DNA of 20,000 bases from Vicugna vicugna (Eukaryota): positions 2,170,026 through 2,190,025 of the forward strand of contig MU057521.1 of NCBI GenBank assembly GCA_013265495.1, written 5' to 3'. The notes under the pieces were generated by a model. That model made no database searches, was not told the origin of the DNA, and was given only the letters and a program-made list of their open reading frames with translations. Below, piece by piece: positions 1 through 10,488 of this stretch. A program made the position numbers and the translations under genes. Numbering within the stretch: the stretch's first letter is position 1; every line of letters begins with the position of its first letter.

Positions 1-184
1 ACCTTGATTTACCTGCTATAATTTTTAATTCTTTATGTTCCAAAATATTCAAATAGCTACTCTCTTTCTTGGAAGAGGACACCACTTCCTTTCATAGCGA
101 TTGCTGTCTGCACCATGCTGTGGTCACAAATAATTTACTGCTCTCTACTACTAGATCCCCACTCGTGTGTCCTTTTACAAATTT

Positions 185-300
185 CAGACATGTTTATTTA
201 ATGTGTAGCGTGCAGAGCAGTGCGTGAGCTCTAGGAGGGGAGTAAGGATGCAGAGAGAAACCACACGTGGTCCTGCCCTTCCTGTGGCTCAGGGTCCAGG
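185..300 (-). mobile_element. L2 3' fragment, degraded
   Basis: tttatttaatgtgtagcgtgcagagcagtgcg...ggatgcagag...ggtcctgccctt...gctcagggtccag resembles the reverse L2 tail. Confidence 0.45.
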
Positions 301-765
301 GATTGCTCACAATAAATGGGTGTGAATGAAGGGGTACAAGGACGGAATGGGGCACAGTGAAGAAATGTCTGGTCGTGAGTTTCTACACTGAAAGGACTTG
401 GAGCTACAACAAGCAGATCCCAGAGTCCTCCAGGTATGGGGGCGTGAGGACACTGGATGGACAGAATCGCCCTTAAATCCCCTCTTAGGAGGTGGAGACT
501 ACGGCTTAACACATATCCTAGCATGGTGCCCTCCATACATAGGATGGCTGGATTCATACATTTCTTCCTCTTCCCCCTGACTCCCTGGAAGCCTCCTTGA
601 GAATTCCTTCCCTTTCCACGTGAAGCCAGTTGGCTTCCTGTTTCTGAGACGTGTGACTTCTTCCATTCTCTCTCTCATTTAAGTGGTCCTGTCATCACAC
701 AGAACTAATGCTCATTAAAGGAGGGAGTACTTCTTATATTCCACATAATACAGCCTGCATTCCAC

Positions 766-803
766 ATTAAATGGGTACATTTAGTTAAATGTACCCATCT
801 AAT
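766..803. repeat. Inverted repeat, 18-bp arms with one mismatch, 2-nt spacer
   Basis: attaaATGGGTACATTTA-gt-TAAATGTACCCATctaat; the 13-bp core (771-783/786-798) is perfect. Confidence 0.95.
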
Positions 804-1059
804 CTCAGATTAAACACAAGACTATGGTGATTAATACAGGTGGAAAGTTTAAGAGCATTACTCACCAGTCCTGTGCCTCCTTTTCATTTATAAAGTGGAA
901 TAAAAATAGAACTTAAAATGATTATCACAAGACATGTAGTAAAAGGTCTTACTCATATCACTTAAAAAAAAAATGCAAGGCACTGTGGGCCTCGGTTTCA
1001 CTGTTTGGAGACAAGGGATTCGGACTGGCCCTGGCCAGGTTTCCCTTAGAGCTGAGCAG

Positions 1060-1350
1060 CGCTTCTCCCTGAGCGCCTTATTGCATCAGGTAGCGAGGCA
1101 GAGATGACGCAGCCACTGAGTCAGCACGCGGGCCGGTGCACGGAGGAGGGAGGAGGTGGAGGAGAAAGAGGGTTAAGCCTGTCCCAACTTGTGCTCCCCT
1201 CCTGGGGCGGGGATCTTCCCGGAGGTGCTCCTGTGCCCCAGCTCTTCGGGCTCCCGTGCTCCCTGGCCCGGTTCATTTCGGCAGCTGTCGGGATGGGTTG
1301 CTGTGACATCACTTCTGCTGGCCCTTGGAGCGGTCCTAGACCTCGTCAAG
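1060..1350. promoter_or_regulatory. Candidate upstream enhancer, GC/CpG-rich patch
   Basis: Local CpG enrichment with ATTGCATCA 1080-1088, ATGACGCAGC 1104-1113, TGAGTCAGCA 1117-1126, GGGGCGGGG 1204-1212 and GGGATCTTCC 1210-1219. Confidence 0.5.
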
Positions 1351-1534
1351 GAAAACTCTGGAATTTCTACTGCTTAAGAAACACAACTTAAAAAAGGCTT
1401 GTGTAGCCTTTTATGAGGAACTAAGATAGAAAGTATCTGTTGCAGAGCACAGTAGTCATTGGTTGACTGGAGACTTCTCGTGCAAAAGCCTAGTTGTGGC
1501 AGACAGCTTTTGGAAAGTAACTGGTTAAGAAATA

Positions 1535-2110
1535 AAACTTTTTAATCATAAGAAATGATATATGATGACTGTAGGAAATTTGGAAGGTACAGGAAACTGT
1601 AGAAACAAACTAAAAATCGTCTTTAATTTCATTAGCCAGAGATAACTACTGTTAAAATTATTTTATGCATTTTCTTTAAATCTTGTAAGTACACAGACAT
1701 ACACATAAACATACACATGTCAAACAACCTTAAATGCATTACAGCAAGAAACCAGAGTTCCCATATGTATATATATTTCTTAATCTACTCTTATGTAACT
1801 TAATCTTGTGAGTATTACTCTTTGAAAACTTTTATTTAGTTTTTTCCTTATTGACAGATGTTTAGCTAGCGTCTAGTTTTTCTGTTATAAATAATACTAC
1901 TATGGACATTTCTGTACATTAATCATTGACCTTTTCTGTAATTATTTCCTTAAGAAAGACTTCTAAAAGCTGTATTATTGGGTTGAAGGAGATGAATATT
2001 AAAAAGGTGACATATTGCTAAATTATTTCCTGGAAGAGTTGACCAATTTACATTTCTACCAGTTGTATTGAAACTTTATTTTTACTGGATATTTTGGTAA
2101 GATTGCATTT
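1535..2110 (-). mobile_element. Ancient L1 (L1ME-type) 3' fragment
   Basis: AT-rich with L1ME-like segments: agccagagataactactgttaa, ttataaataatactactatggacatt, attatttccttaag, gaccaatttacatttctaccag. Confidence 0.7.
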
Positions 2111-2414
2111 TGATTCTTATATTTATTCCTTTTGTCCTGTAAGAATTATACATGAAAAGAAAATTAGAAAATCTTTTACATATATAGCTATTTGAACAAC
2201 TAAATGTGAAGTCACCAGATCACATTGCTCTGTCAACTAATGGATTAAAACCCAGTTATTAATGAACTAATGTGTTTAATTTTTATTTCATTTTTTTGTC
2301 ACATCCAAAGGCATTCCACATCCATTTTCTAGAGTAATTGAGCTCTTTTGGGTTACTTAAAGACAGGCTTTTGCTCTTTGACCGTTACATCCAAAAAGAA
2401 CATAAGGAGAAGGG

Positions 2415-2557
2415 GTCCAACCCCTTCTTCAGTTTCACTTTGCAAGATTTTGAGGCCCAGAGAAGTTGAATTTTTTGCTGATGATTAATACACGGCGAGC
2501 AGTGGAGTGTGGCTCAGAACTGACTCCAGGATGAATCGTCTTTCTCACACTGTCACT
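2415..2557 (-). mobile_element. MIR-family fragment
   Basis: tgaggcccagagaagttgaa...ctcagaactgactccagg...tctttctcacactgtcac. Confidence 0.55.
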
Positions 2558-3764
2558 TCTCTTTTCTCCACATCCATCAACCAAATCCATGTGATTCGAT
2601 ACTGAACTTTCTGCTTGGCTATCACTTTACACACACTGTTAAGGATTTTGAAGACAAATTACGCCACTTAAACCTGCTTATCTGTGGTTTACCTTTGGGG
2701 TCCTGTTCTTTATTTTTTTCCCCACTCTCTTCATTATTTTTCCCCCTTAAGTTTCCTTCTTAGTAGACTTTCATGTAAATTTATGTAAATTAGCAGAATT
2801 CATGCAACTTATATTCCAAAACAGGTTATCATTTAATATAAAACATCTTCTAGATGAAATTTTAGGCTTCTCAAACGCTAGAAGATGATAAGATAAGAAG
2901 CAGGAAAGCATATTAAGCAGTTGGATTCTCGAAGTGGACATAGGGTAAAGGATTCTAAATCTGTGGTTTTGGACATTTTTTTTCTGTCTGAGTCAGAAGC
3001 ACTAAGGTAAAGTTGCCTTATCTTTCCTGACTCAGTTTCTCCATGTGTGAAAAGGAGATAACAGTCCTCAGCAACTAGAGGGAACCTTTACTGTGCGATT
3101 TCTGTGAATTGTTGGAAACGCTAAAGATTCTGGTCTATTCCTTTGTTGTTCGGGAGAGCTGTCATCTGCGTCGGTGGGAATCACACTCATCAGTGGGGAA
3201 AAAAAAACTTGATGTTTTGTAGGTATTTGGGGAGAGCACTCAAGAGTTTGTGGCTGAAATTCGCCTTCTTGGAAAAGAAGGGAAAGAGGGAGAAAACGAT
3301 TCTGAGCATGCTGCAACAAAGCTCCTTTGAGTTGTTCCCGGGAGTGCCTGGGTGTGTCAAGCCGTCCCCAGCCAGGGTGCTGAGTAATCAAGTTATAATA
3401 TTTGCAATGTTTCAACCTACAGGTGAGAAAAAAATACCAACAAAACAGTCTCCTAGGCTATTAAATATTTGGGCTGATGACTACTTTTGTTGAACTACAG
3501 GAAATTATTGCTTGATAAAATTGTATAATGAATGAATGGCTAATTCGTGAAGTGGTATTTCTTCCCTTCTATCCCTTACCCCCCAAATCTACTCTTTCAG
3601 ATACAAAGTCAATAACATGGTTTTGTGGTAAATAAAAGAGAGATAAGAAAATTATAGATTATTTTTGGAATTATAGAGAAAATGCTTCCTCCTACAAGCA
3701 GGTATATCATTTCCCACTAATTTTTCTTTTAAAGAAACATTTATTTCCAAGAGTCAAAATTATG

Positions 3765-3910
3765 TTTGGGCTTCCTTGGGCATTGTGAATCCCTGTCTCT
3801 GGAAGTGTTTCTGCCCAGGTTGGGCAAGCACTCAGCAGAAGTGTTGTAGAGGGAATTCAGACATCAAAAGGGACAATGGACAAAGATTTCAGGTTTAAGA
3901 TTTCTGATTT
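3765..3910 (+). mobile_element. L3/CR1 3' end fragment
   Basis: tccctgtctctggaagtgttt...gtgttgtagagggaattc...ggacaaagat...agatttctgatt resembles the L3 tail. Confidence 0.6.
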
Positions 3911-4089
3911 AAGTGCAAGTCTCTTAAAATTTTTGGATCACAGTAGCAAGCATGCAGCAGGTAGTCAATAAATGAGTTTAGTGAATTAATTGCGAATATT
4001 CTGCACCAGCCTTTTGGCCATTATGATGATTCTGCAAGCCTGTCCTGCCTGAGGACTAGGCAAAGTGGCAGTAATAACCACGGGTTGCA

Positions 4090-4268
4090 CCGTACACTTT
4101 CTATGTATTGTCTGTCTCTTCATGTATGGATGTGTCTCATGTTACAAATGAGGAAACTGAGGCTAGAGAGGTTAAGCACTCTGTCTAGGATTTCTCAAGC
4201 AGTGAGTGGTAGAGTCAGTTTCCAAATTTATGATTCGGCTCTTAAACCCGTATTTCCCCACTACTGCT
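4090..4268 (-). mobile_element. MIR
   Basis: Core ttacaaatgaggaaactgaggctagagaggttaag. Confidence 0.85.
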
Positions 4269-4474
4269 GGATAGTGTTATTTTCAAGAAATATCCTGCCC
4301 ACTTCACCCTCTTACGACCTTCTTGCCTCTATTTGCTCCCCTGATGGCTGAAATTCTACTTTCAGAGTTTAACTCATTTAATGTATGACTTTGATCCTAG
4401 TTGGTAATCAGATACCCGGGGCATGGGGGGAAGGGAAGCTATTAGTCACTCTTAGTTTAGCAAAATGTGTTGCT

Positions 4475-4760
4475 CTCATTCATTTAGTCGACAAGCATTA
4501 ATTGACTACACATTGTCTATCAAGACCATACCAAGTGTTGGCATTACAAAAATGCGTGAGTCTTGGTCCTTACCTTTAAGATTCTCATAGTGAGATAAAG
4601 GAGACCTACAGTAAAGAGATTATTGTGAGACAGTGTGGTAAATGAACAACAGAGAATATTAGGCGAGCACAGCAGATAAGTAATTGGTTCAGTTACAAGT
4701 CCCTTCCTGAGAACAGCTTCTGTAGGAAAGGAGTGGGTCCTCCTGAAAGAAGGAGCTGAG
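4475..4760 (-). mobile_element. L2 3' fragment
   Basis: cattcatttagtcgacaagcattaattgactac...ggtccttacctttaagattctcatagt. Confidence 0.6.
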
Positions 4761-5079
4761 GAAGACAGGAAAATGCAAAGAGCAGGCTCCACCTGCAGAG
4801 AGATTTCAGGACAAAGCTGGGTAATCCTAATCAACCTATTTTATTGGGAACCCCATCAACAATTTCTCCCATCAGTTTGGTACTACATATTTTGCTAAGT
4901 ATAATTAATTTAATGTATATATCTTCTTCTTTCTTTTGTGATCACCTTTCTGTTTAAAAGGTGGCTACCTCTTTTGGCACCTAGCAGAATGAGGTTAGGG
5001 TGCTTTCTGTGGTGCCACCATATTTAAGAAGTATGAATTATTACGACCATCACATATTCCTTCTATTTTATATAACATT

Positions 5080-5345
5080 TCACCTTCCGGTCCCACGTGG
5101 GTTTCTAGGATTACCCTTTTGTATATATGTATTCAGCCCAAGGCTGGATCCACCGACAGCCCCTTCCTGCCTGAGCATGTTGGAGGCCTTTAGAAGCTGG
5201 GCAGACAACAGCAACTTCATCCTGAATCATTTTTTTTTCAATCGTGGACAAGCTGCCAAGAGGCATGAATAAGAGCTGAGAATGCAGAAGTGGGAGGGAC
5301 CGAGGGAGGGCAGGTTGGGCGTGGTAACAATGGGCGTGGCCCGGG
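5080..5345 (+). promoter_or_regulatory. SERPINB5: SERPINB5 proximal promoter (no obvious TATA; Ets, p53/p63, AP-1, GC boxes)
   Basis: CTTCCGG 5084-5090; CACGTG 5094-5099; Ets CTTCCTG 5163-5169; p53-like GAGCATGTTG-g-AGGCCTTTAG 5173-5193; AP-1-like TGAATCA 5223-5229; p53-like GGACAAGCTG-ccaag-AGGCATGAAT 5246-5270; TGGGCGTGG at 5316-5324 and 5331-5339. The order matches the characterised human maspin promoter as recalled. Confidence 0.88.
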
Positions 5346-5461
5346 AGGCGCCCAGGTGAGCCAGGCCTCTGCTTCTGCCCCACAGACTTCCTTCCACATC
5401 AAGGTCCTTCTGCACCTGGTTTTCCTTTCCCCTGTGTTTCCCAGGATCGCTATAACCTCAG
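5329..5461 (+). other. SERPINB5: SERPINB5 exon 1 (5' UTR); 5' end approximate
   Basis: Resembles the human maspin 5' UTR as recalled (tgggcgtggc...cccaggtgagcca...gcttctgccc...ccacatc.aggtc...ccaggat...cag) and ends in a strong donor CAG|GTAAGC at 5461/5462. Confidence 0.85.
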
Positions 5462-6512
5462 GTAAGCAAAGTGTGGGTAGCAGGGCTAGGGATTTCCTCT
5501 TTGGCAAGTCTTAAAAGAAAATAATTCTTTGAGCTGATTTGAGATGGTGAAAAAAGTCGACAAAATGGCTTATTTTCAAGGGTAGACTGTCGGTGTCAGT
5601 ACAGCTATATACCCTCACGTGGGCTGCATTTCCAGCGCCCAGTCCTTTGGGAGCTAGGAAAGCCAGGCAGGGAGCAAAATCACTTAACCGCGCAAGGTAA
5701 GAATATGAAGAAACAGCATGGTTGGGAGGTTTTGGTGGTGGGGGTACCCAGCGGTGATTTGCCAAGGAGAAGGTTATTCTGAGGGCATTTTCAGCCCTAC
5801 CTTGGAACTCAGAATGAGTTTTGCCGTGCTAGTTTCAGAAAGAGTGTGGCTCAAAACCTGGAGAAAGTGGAGCTGCATATGAGTGTGTGGCTCCCCTTCC
5901 TGGTTGGCCCTGTGGGGTGAGATTCAGACTTCGGAAGTGCTCTTTTGGGCATTTTAAAGCATCCAGTCAGCATCCACTTATTTGCAATCGCATTCTTCCA
6001 GGCAGCAAATATCCTCCCTCCCTGTTTCTGGGTGTCAGGATACTTGAAGCAAGTCACAGATTTCAAAGGTGTGTTCTCGGGCGACTTTTCGCATAGGTTG
6101 TTCATAGATTCTTCCTCATTGATGCCACTGTTTTGATGGCTTTCTTTAAGTGTGTCCCACTAAAGGTCAGCTTAACAGACTAGGCTTGTGATCAGATTAG
6201 GCTCAGATTTGCAGAACTGAGTGGATGAGGATCAGGGACTCATAGCGGTAAAGTGGTGAACACAGTCCCCTAGCTTATATGGGGCAGGATAAAGTGGAAT
6301 CCAAGCCTTCAAACTCACAATGAGTGGACTGCTCCTGAACACCATGGATTTTTTTTTAACAGCTTTGTCACCCCTACATCACTGAAGAGGTTTTGACTAG
6401 AATTAGGCGTCCAAGCCCAGTCCCCACCAACATATGCAGGTGTTTGATGGGTTCTTGGATGGGTGGAGAGATGGAAGCTTGTCTGAAGAAAGAATTCTCT
6501 GTATGAGTCAGG

Positions 6513-6530
6513 TTTTTTTTTTTTTTTTTT
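6513..6530 (+). repeat. Poly-T (18 nt)
   Basis: Uninterrupted T18. Confidence 0.95.
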
Positions 6531-7149
6531 GAATCTTTGCTTCCTAACACCTGAATCCTGCCACTTCAGTCCCTCTGGGTTGTAGGTTAACTTTGATGGT
6601 ATGAGTGTCAGCAGTCTTGGGCGTTCTGGTATGGCGAGCCTGGCTCCAGTTTACTGTTAGGCAGCAGTGGGATGGCTCAGCGGTCAAGATCAGACTTCTA
6701 AGCAGATGGGAACAGATGTGATATCTCAGAGCATCTGAGCAAAGCACAGGCTCCCCCACCATCTGAAATTAAAAATTAACATTATTAAGAGCCACGGCGT
6801 CCTTTCCGGCTAACAAAGTACTTTTCATGTGCGTTTGCTTATTTCATCACTTCATTAATCCTCCTGATACTCCTTCACATGACAGAAGCTGCACGATCTC
6901 CTGCTTTCTTAATCTGGCTCTGACTTTTTTCCTTGTGAGTTTAGAAAGTAAACAGCAGAGACTGTGTTTTTAGACATTTCATTATAGCTGTTGTAATAGG
7001 CAAAATTTCTCAAGGCATTACCTAAGGACCAGCTCCCCAAAAGGGCCTTTATCTCACCCGCATGGTCTACAGATAAAAAGTCTGAGAAATCTTGGTGCAA
7101 GGGCTGATGAGCAGCTGCAAGTCTAGAGAAGTGAGCTCCCCGCCCCTCC

Positions 7150-7492
7150 TGACGTTCATTCGGGACTCCTGACCGTCTCTGAACTCTTTCACTTCTCTCT
7201 GGCACGCATTCTTGCATGGCTAACTCCTTCTTATTCTTTAGGACTCATCTGTAATGGGACTTAACAGATGTCACTGTCTCCGAGGAGACCTCACTGAGAA
7301 TCCTACTGTGAGTGTGCTGTCTCCCCTCAGGGCAGCACCATAACTTTGCCCCCCATCAAGACACTCTGCACGCCAACAACACACGCCATGCTCCTTGGAG
7401 GCAGGGACCATTCTGTGTTCACCTTGGATTTCTTAATATCTAGCTCAGTGCCTGACACACATTATCAGGTACTCAGTTAATAATTAAATGAA
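7150..7492 (+). mobile_element. L2 3' fragment
   Basis: catggctaactccttctt...gctccttggaggcagggacc...ctagctcagtgcctgacaca...aggtactcag...aatgaa. Confidence 0.75.
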
Positions 7493-7784
7493 AGCAATAT
7501 AATATTAAAAATTTGCAACGTAAGTGGCAGAATGAGAACAAGACGTTCTTCAAGAAGGAAAATCAGGAAAAAAGTTCTATGTTGATGAAAAAAAAATGTA
7601 AGAAAGGAAAAAGAAGAAAACATGTAAGGTATCTTGTTATTTCTAAAAGAGTAATCAGGATACATAGGATTTTTGGAACTCTAAGGACCCCTGAGAGAAC
7701 AAATGCCAGCAAAGACGCAACTGCTGAGAAGGAGGGTGACAAGGTGTGGTCGGAACTCCCGCGCTGGGACACAGAAGTGAGTGC

Positions 7785-7940
7785 TAGGTCTGGTTTTACC
7801 ACTCTCACTCCCTGCGTGGGTGGCCTGGGAGACTCACTTCATCGCTGTTGGCCTCCCTTTCCTCATCTGTAAAATGAAGAGGTGGGGCCAGACTAGATCC
7901 ATTCCAAGATCTTGTCCCACTTTAAAGGTTTGTGACTTTA
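7785..7940 (+). mobile_element. MIR3/MIR
   Basis: ggcctccctttcctcatctgtaaaatgaagagg...gactagat. Confidence 0.75.
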
Positions 7941-9439
7941 GGACATACTGCAAATTAAAAAAAAAAAGGCAACTTTACAATTAAATTCTTACAACTCTTT
8001 GTTGCTTGTGTGTTGCATTTGTATTACTACCTAAACTTCCATCTTACGTTTCCCTGGTTAAAATAAAAGTGCCTCTTAAACCTTTAAGTGACTAAAAGAT
8101 GTAGAGGTTTCTACATTGGAGCTGTAAATAAAATTCTCTTTATTTATTATTTTCATTAGAAGGTTTTTATGAAAATGAAGGACGTTATTTCTGTAACAAT
8201 GTGATAATCAAATGAAAAAAGATCTGCAGAGATTTTAGCACTGAACACGTCATTAGACATGTAAATTTACTATTTAAGAATTGCTAATCTCTATTTTTGA
8301 ACCTGTGATTTTTATAGCATTTGCTCATGCAAAATGGTCTGTGCAGTGCTAAATTTTCCTGGGAATGTAGTGCTAAAGTTGCTGAGATTTGTTTAAATGC
8401 TTTGTGTTGCTGCACAGCAAGGTGGCAATTGCCCGTGGCCAAAATCATCCCTTGAACTGCCTCAAACCAGATCAGCTTGACAGTGTTTTTAGGTCACTTG
8501 GGACAAATCACCACCAAGCAACAGATCAGATTTACTATACAGTATTTGATTGATTACTTAGCTGGTGATCATTTGCTGCTATGGACACCTCAGATGTCAG
8601 GTGTGCCTTTGATTTACATTTTCCAACAGGGACTGAATCTAAGCCTTGAATTGCAACACAGTGTTCATCATATTGTGTAATTAGCTGTACTAAAAGCCAC
8701 CATGACCTTGTACTCACGTGGAGCCATTAGGTGAAATGAATCTCAAAATGTTATAATGAATGAATAAATAATACCTCAGTGGAATGAAATGGCATTTCCT
8801 TACCCTTTGATCAACCTCTTGGATCCACTTTTAAGTGTTTGCAGTCAACTCCCTCAGCAGATAACTTCAAGGCCTTAAAGACACAAAGGAAATCAGACTT
8901 TAAATTTTGTTATGAACTATGCAAAATTATTCTAATTTCTCCTCTTGGGTGGTTGGAAACACATGCTGAGAAGAACTACTGGTGTTTGTTAAAGCACAGT
9001 TGGTATGTTTTCATATTATTATTAGTGTGGGTAGGCCTTGAGTTGTTGAAGTTTTGAGAAGTTCATGGGGATTTGGGTTTAGGCTTCTCTATTTGTTGAA
9101 GAAATAGCTCATTTAGGCTTTTCTATTTGGTGGAGAAATAGCTGGTGTCGAATTTTAGTCATAGATGAACTCAGCATTATCAGTGTTAAATTTGCAGCTG
9201 GAGATAAGCCAGATTTCTTGTTCTGAAAGTCTTGTCCTGAAAGCCTGTTTGGGATTCCCCAAACCTTTAGAGACGGTTCTTTTAATTTCCCCGTGGTGGA
9301 CATAGTGGTCGAAACGCCCCACACTTCCATTCCTGTCTCCTTGCCCTCTGCTCGCCTCGTGCTGGTCTGCTTCCAAGGAAGCAGACACGTCATCTGGCCT
9401 CTGGAAAACACTGTGTATTTGTGAGAGATTGAGAGTGAA

Positions 9440-9546
9440 AGGCAAATAGTGTCTAAGTATTATCATGAAGCGTTTTGACCTCATGGACCCACTGGAAGGG
9501 TCTTAGGGACCACCAGGGGTCTATGGACACCACCTGGAGAAGCTGT
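9440..9546. mobile_element. hAT-Charlie-type DNA transposon terminal fragment
   Basis: ttttgacctcatggacccactggaagggtcttagggaccaccaggggtctatggacaccacctggagaagctgtg resembles a Charlie-family end. Confidence 0.55.
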
Positions 9547-9911
9547 GCATCAGAATGCAGGTTCTCAGACAGGAGCAGAGGCTCACTGCTGCTGTGGCCA
9601 CTTTACCAGGCTCCATATTTTTAGCTGAAGCTGCCCCCTCTCTCTTTTTCCTTTACCTCCCATGTTCCTTGTTCTGCTGCTCACATGGCACAGGAAGCCC
9701 TGACTCCACTCACTTGTCTACGTATCTTCCCAAAGAGATGGGAAACTCAGAGAAGTGGGCAGGGCAGAGAACTCAGGTGATCCTTACAACACGTTGTGTA
9801 GTATCTTCCACATAGTAGGTCATGTACTAACCACAGAAACAATAGCAGAGCCTCCTTCCTTGTTTATTAAACACTGCTGGGTGCCGGGTGCCCTACGAAG
9901 GCATTACTTAT

Positions 9912-10397
9912 TGTATTAGTCTCCTAGGGCTGTTGTAGTAAAGAACCACAAATTGGGTGGCTTAAAACAGTAGAAATTTATCCTCCCACAATTCTGGAGG
10001 CCAGAAGTCTGAAATCCAGGTGCTGGCAGAGCTGGGCTCTCCCTGCAAGCTCTAGGGGAGAATCTGTTCCCATGCCTTTCTCTTGCTTCTAGTGTTGCCC
10101 ATGATCCTTGGTGTTCTTGGCTCGTGAAAGCATCACTCCAATAATCTCTGCCTCTGTGGTCACATGGCCTTCTCCCTGCGTGTTTTCACATCATCTTCCC
10201 TCTGTGTATGTCCGTCTTTGTGTCTTTCCCCCTGTTTTTATAAGGACACCAATCGTATCAGATTAGGACCACGCTGAAGACCTCAATTTGATTAAATCTG
10301 CATAGACCCTATTTCCAAATAAGGTCACATTCATAGGTACCCAAGGGTGGGACTTCAACATATCTTTTGAGGAGGGGACACAGTGCAGCCCATAACA
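9912..10397 (-). mobile_element. MaLR solo LTR (MLT1C-like), full length, in intron 1
   Basis: TG...CA termini (tgtattagt...cccataaca), MLT1 motifs (gggtggcttaaaaca, ttctggaggccagaagtctgaaatc, tttccaaataaggtcacattc), and flanks cttat/cttac consistent with a 5-bp TSD. Confidence 0.92.
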
Positions 10398-10408
10398 CTT
10401 ACTAAATG

Positions 10409-10488
10409 TTAACTTTAACCACTCAAAACTGCTGTGATTTGACTATTTTTGATCTACAAAAAATTCAATTTTGTATAGTTGAACCTAA
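10409..10488. mobile_element. MADE2-like mariner MITE (~80 bp)
   Basis: atttgactatttttgatctacaaaaa...caattttgtatagttgaacctaa; left TIR degraded. Confidence 0.75.

Noticed and set aside
231..9815. Many 60-120 aa ORFs upstream and in intron 1 (e.g. 3143-3493, 7513-7872, 9155-9484)
   Set aside because: No recognisable domains, many non-ATG starts, overlap with repeats or A-rich sequence; consistent with chance ORFs.
10409..10488. MADE2 as a miRNA hairpin
   Set aside because: The left arm is too degraded for a good stem and there is no expression evidence.
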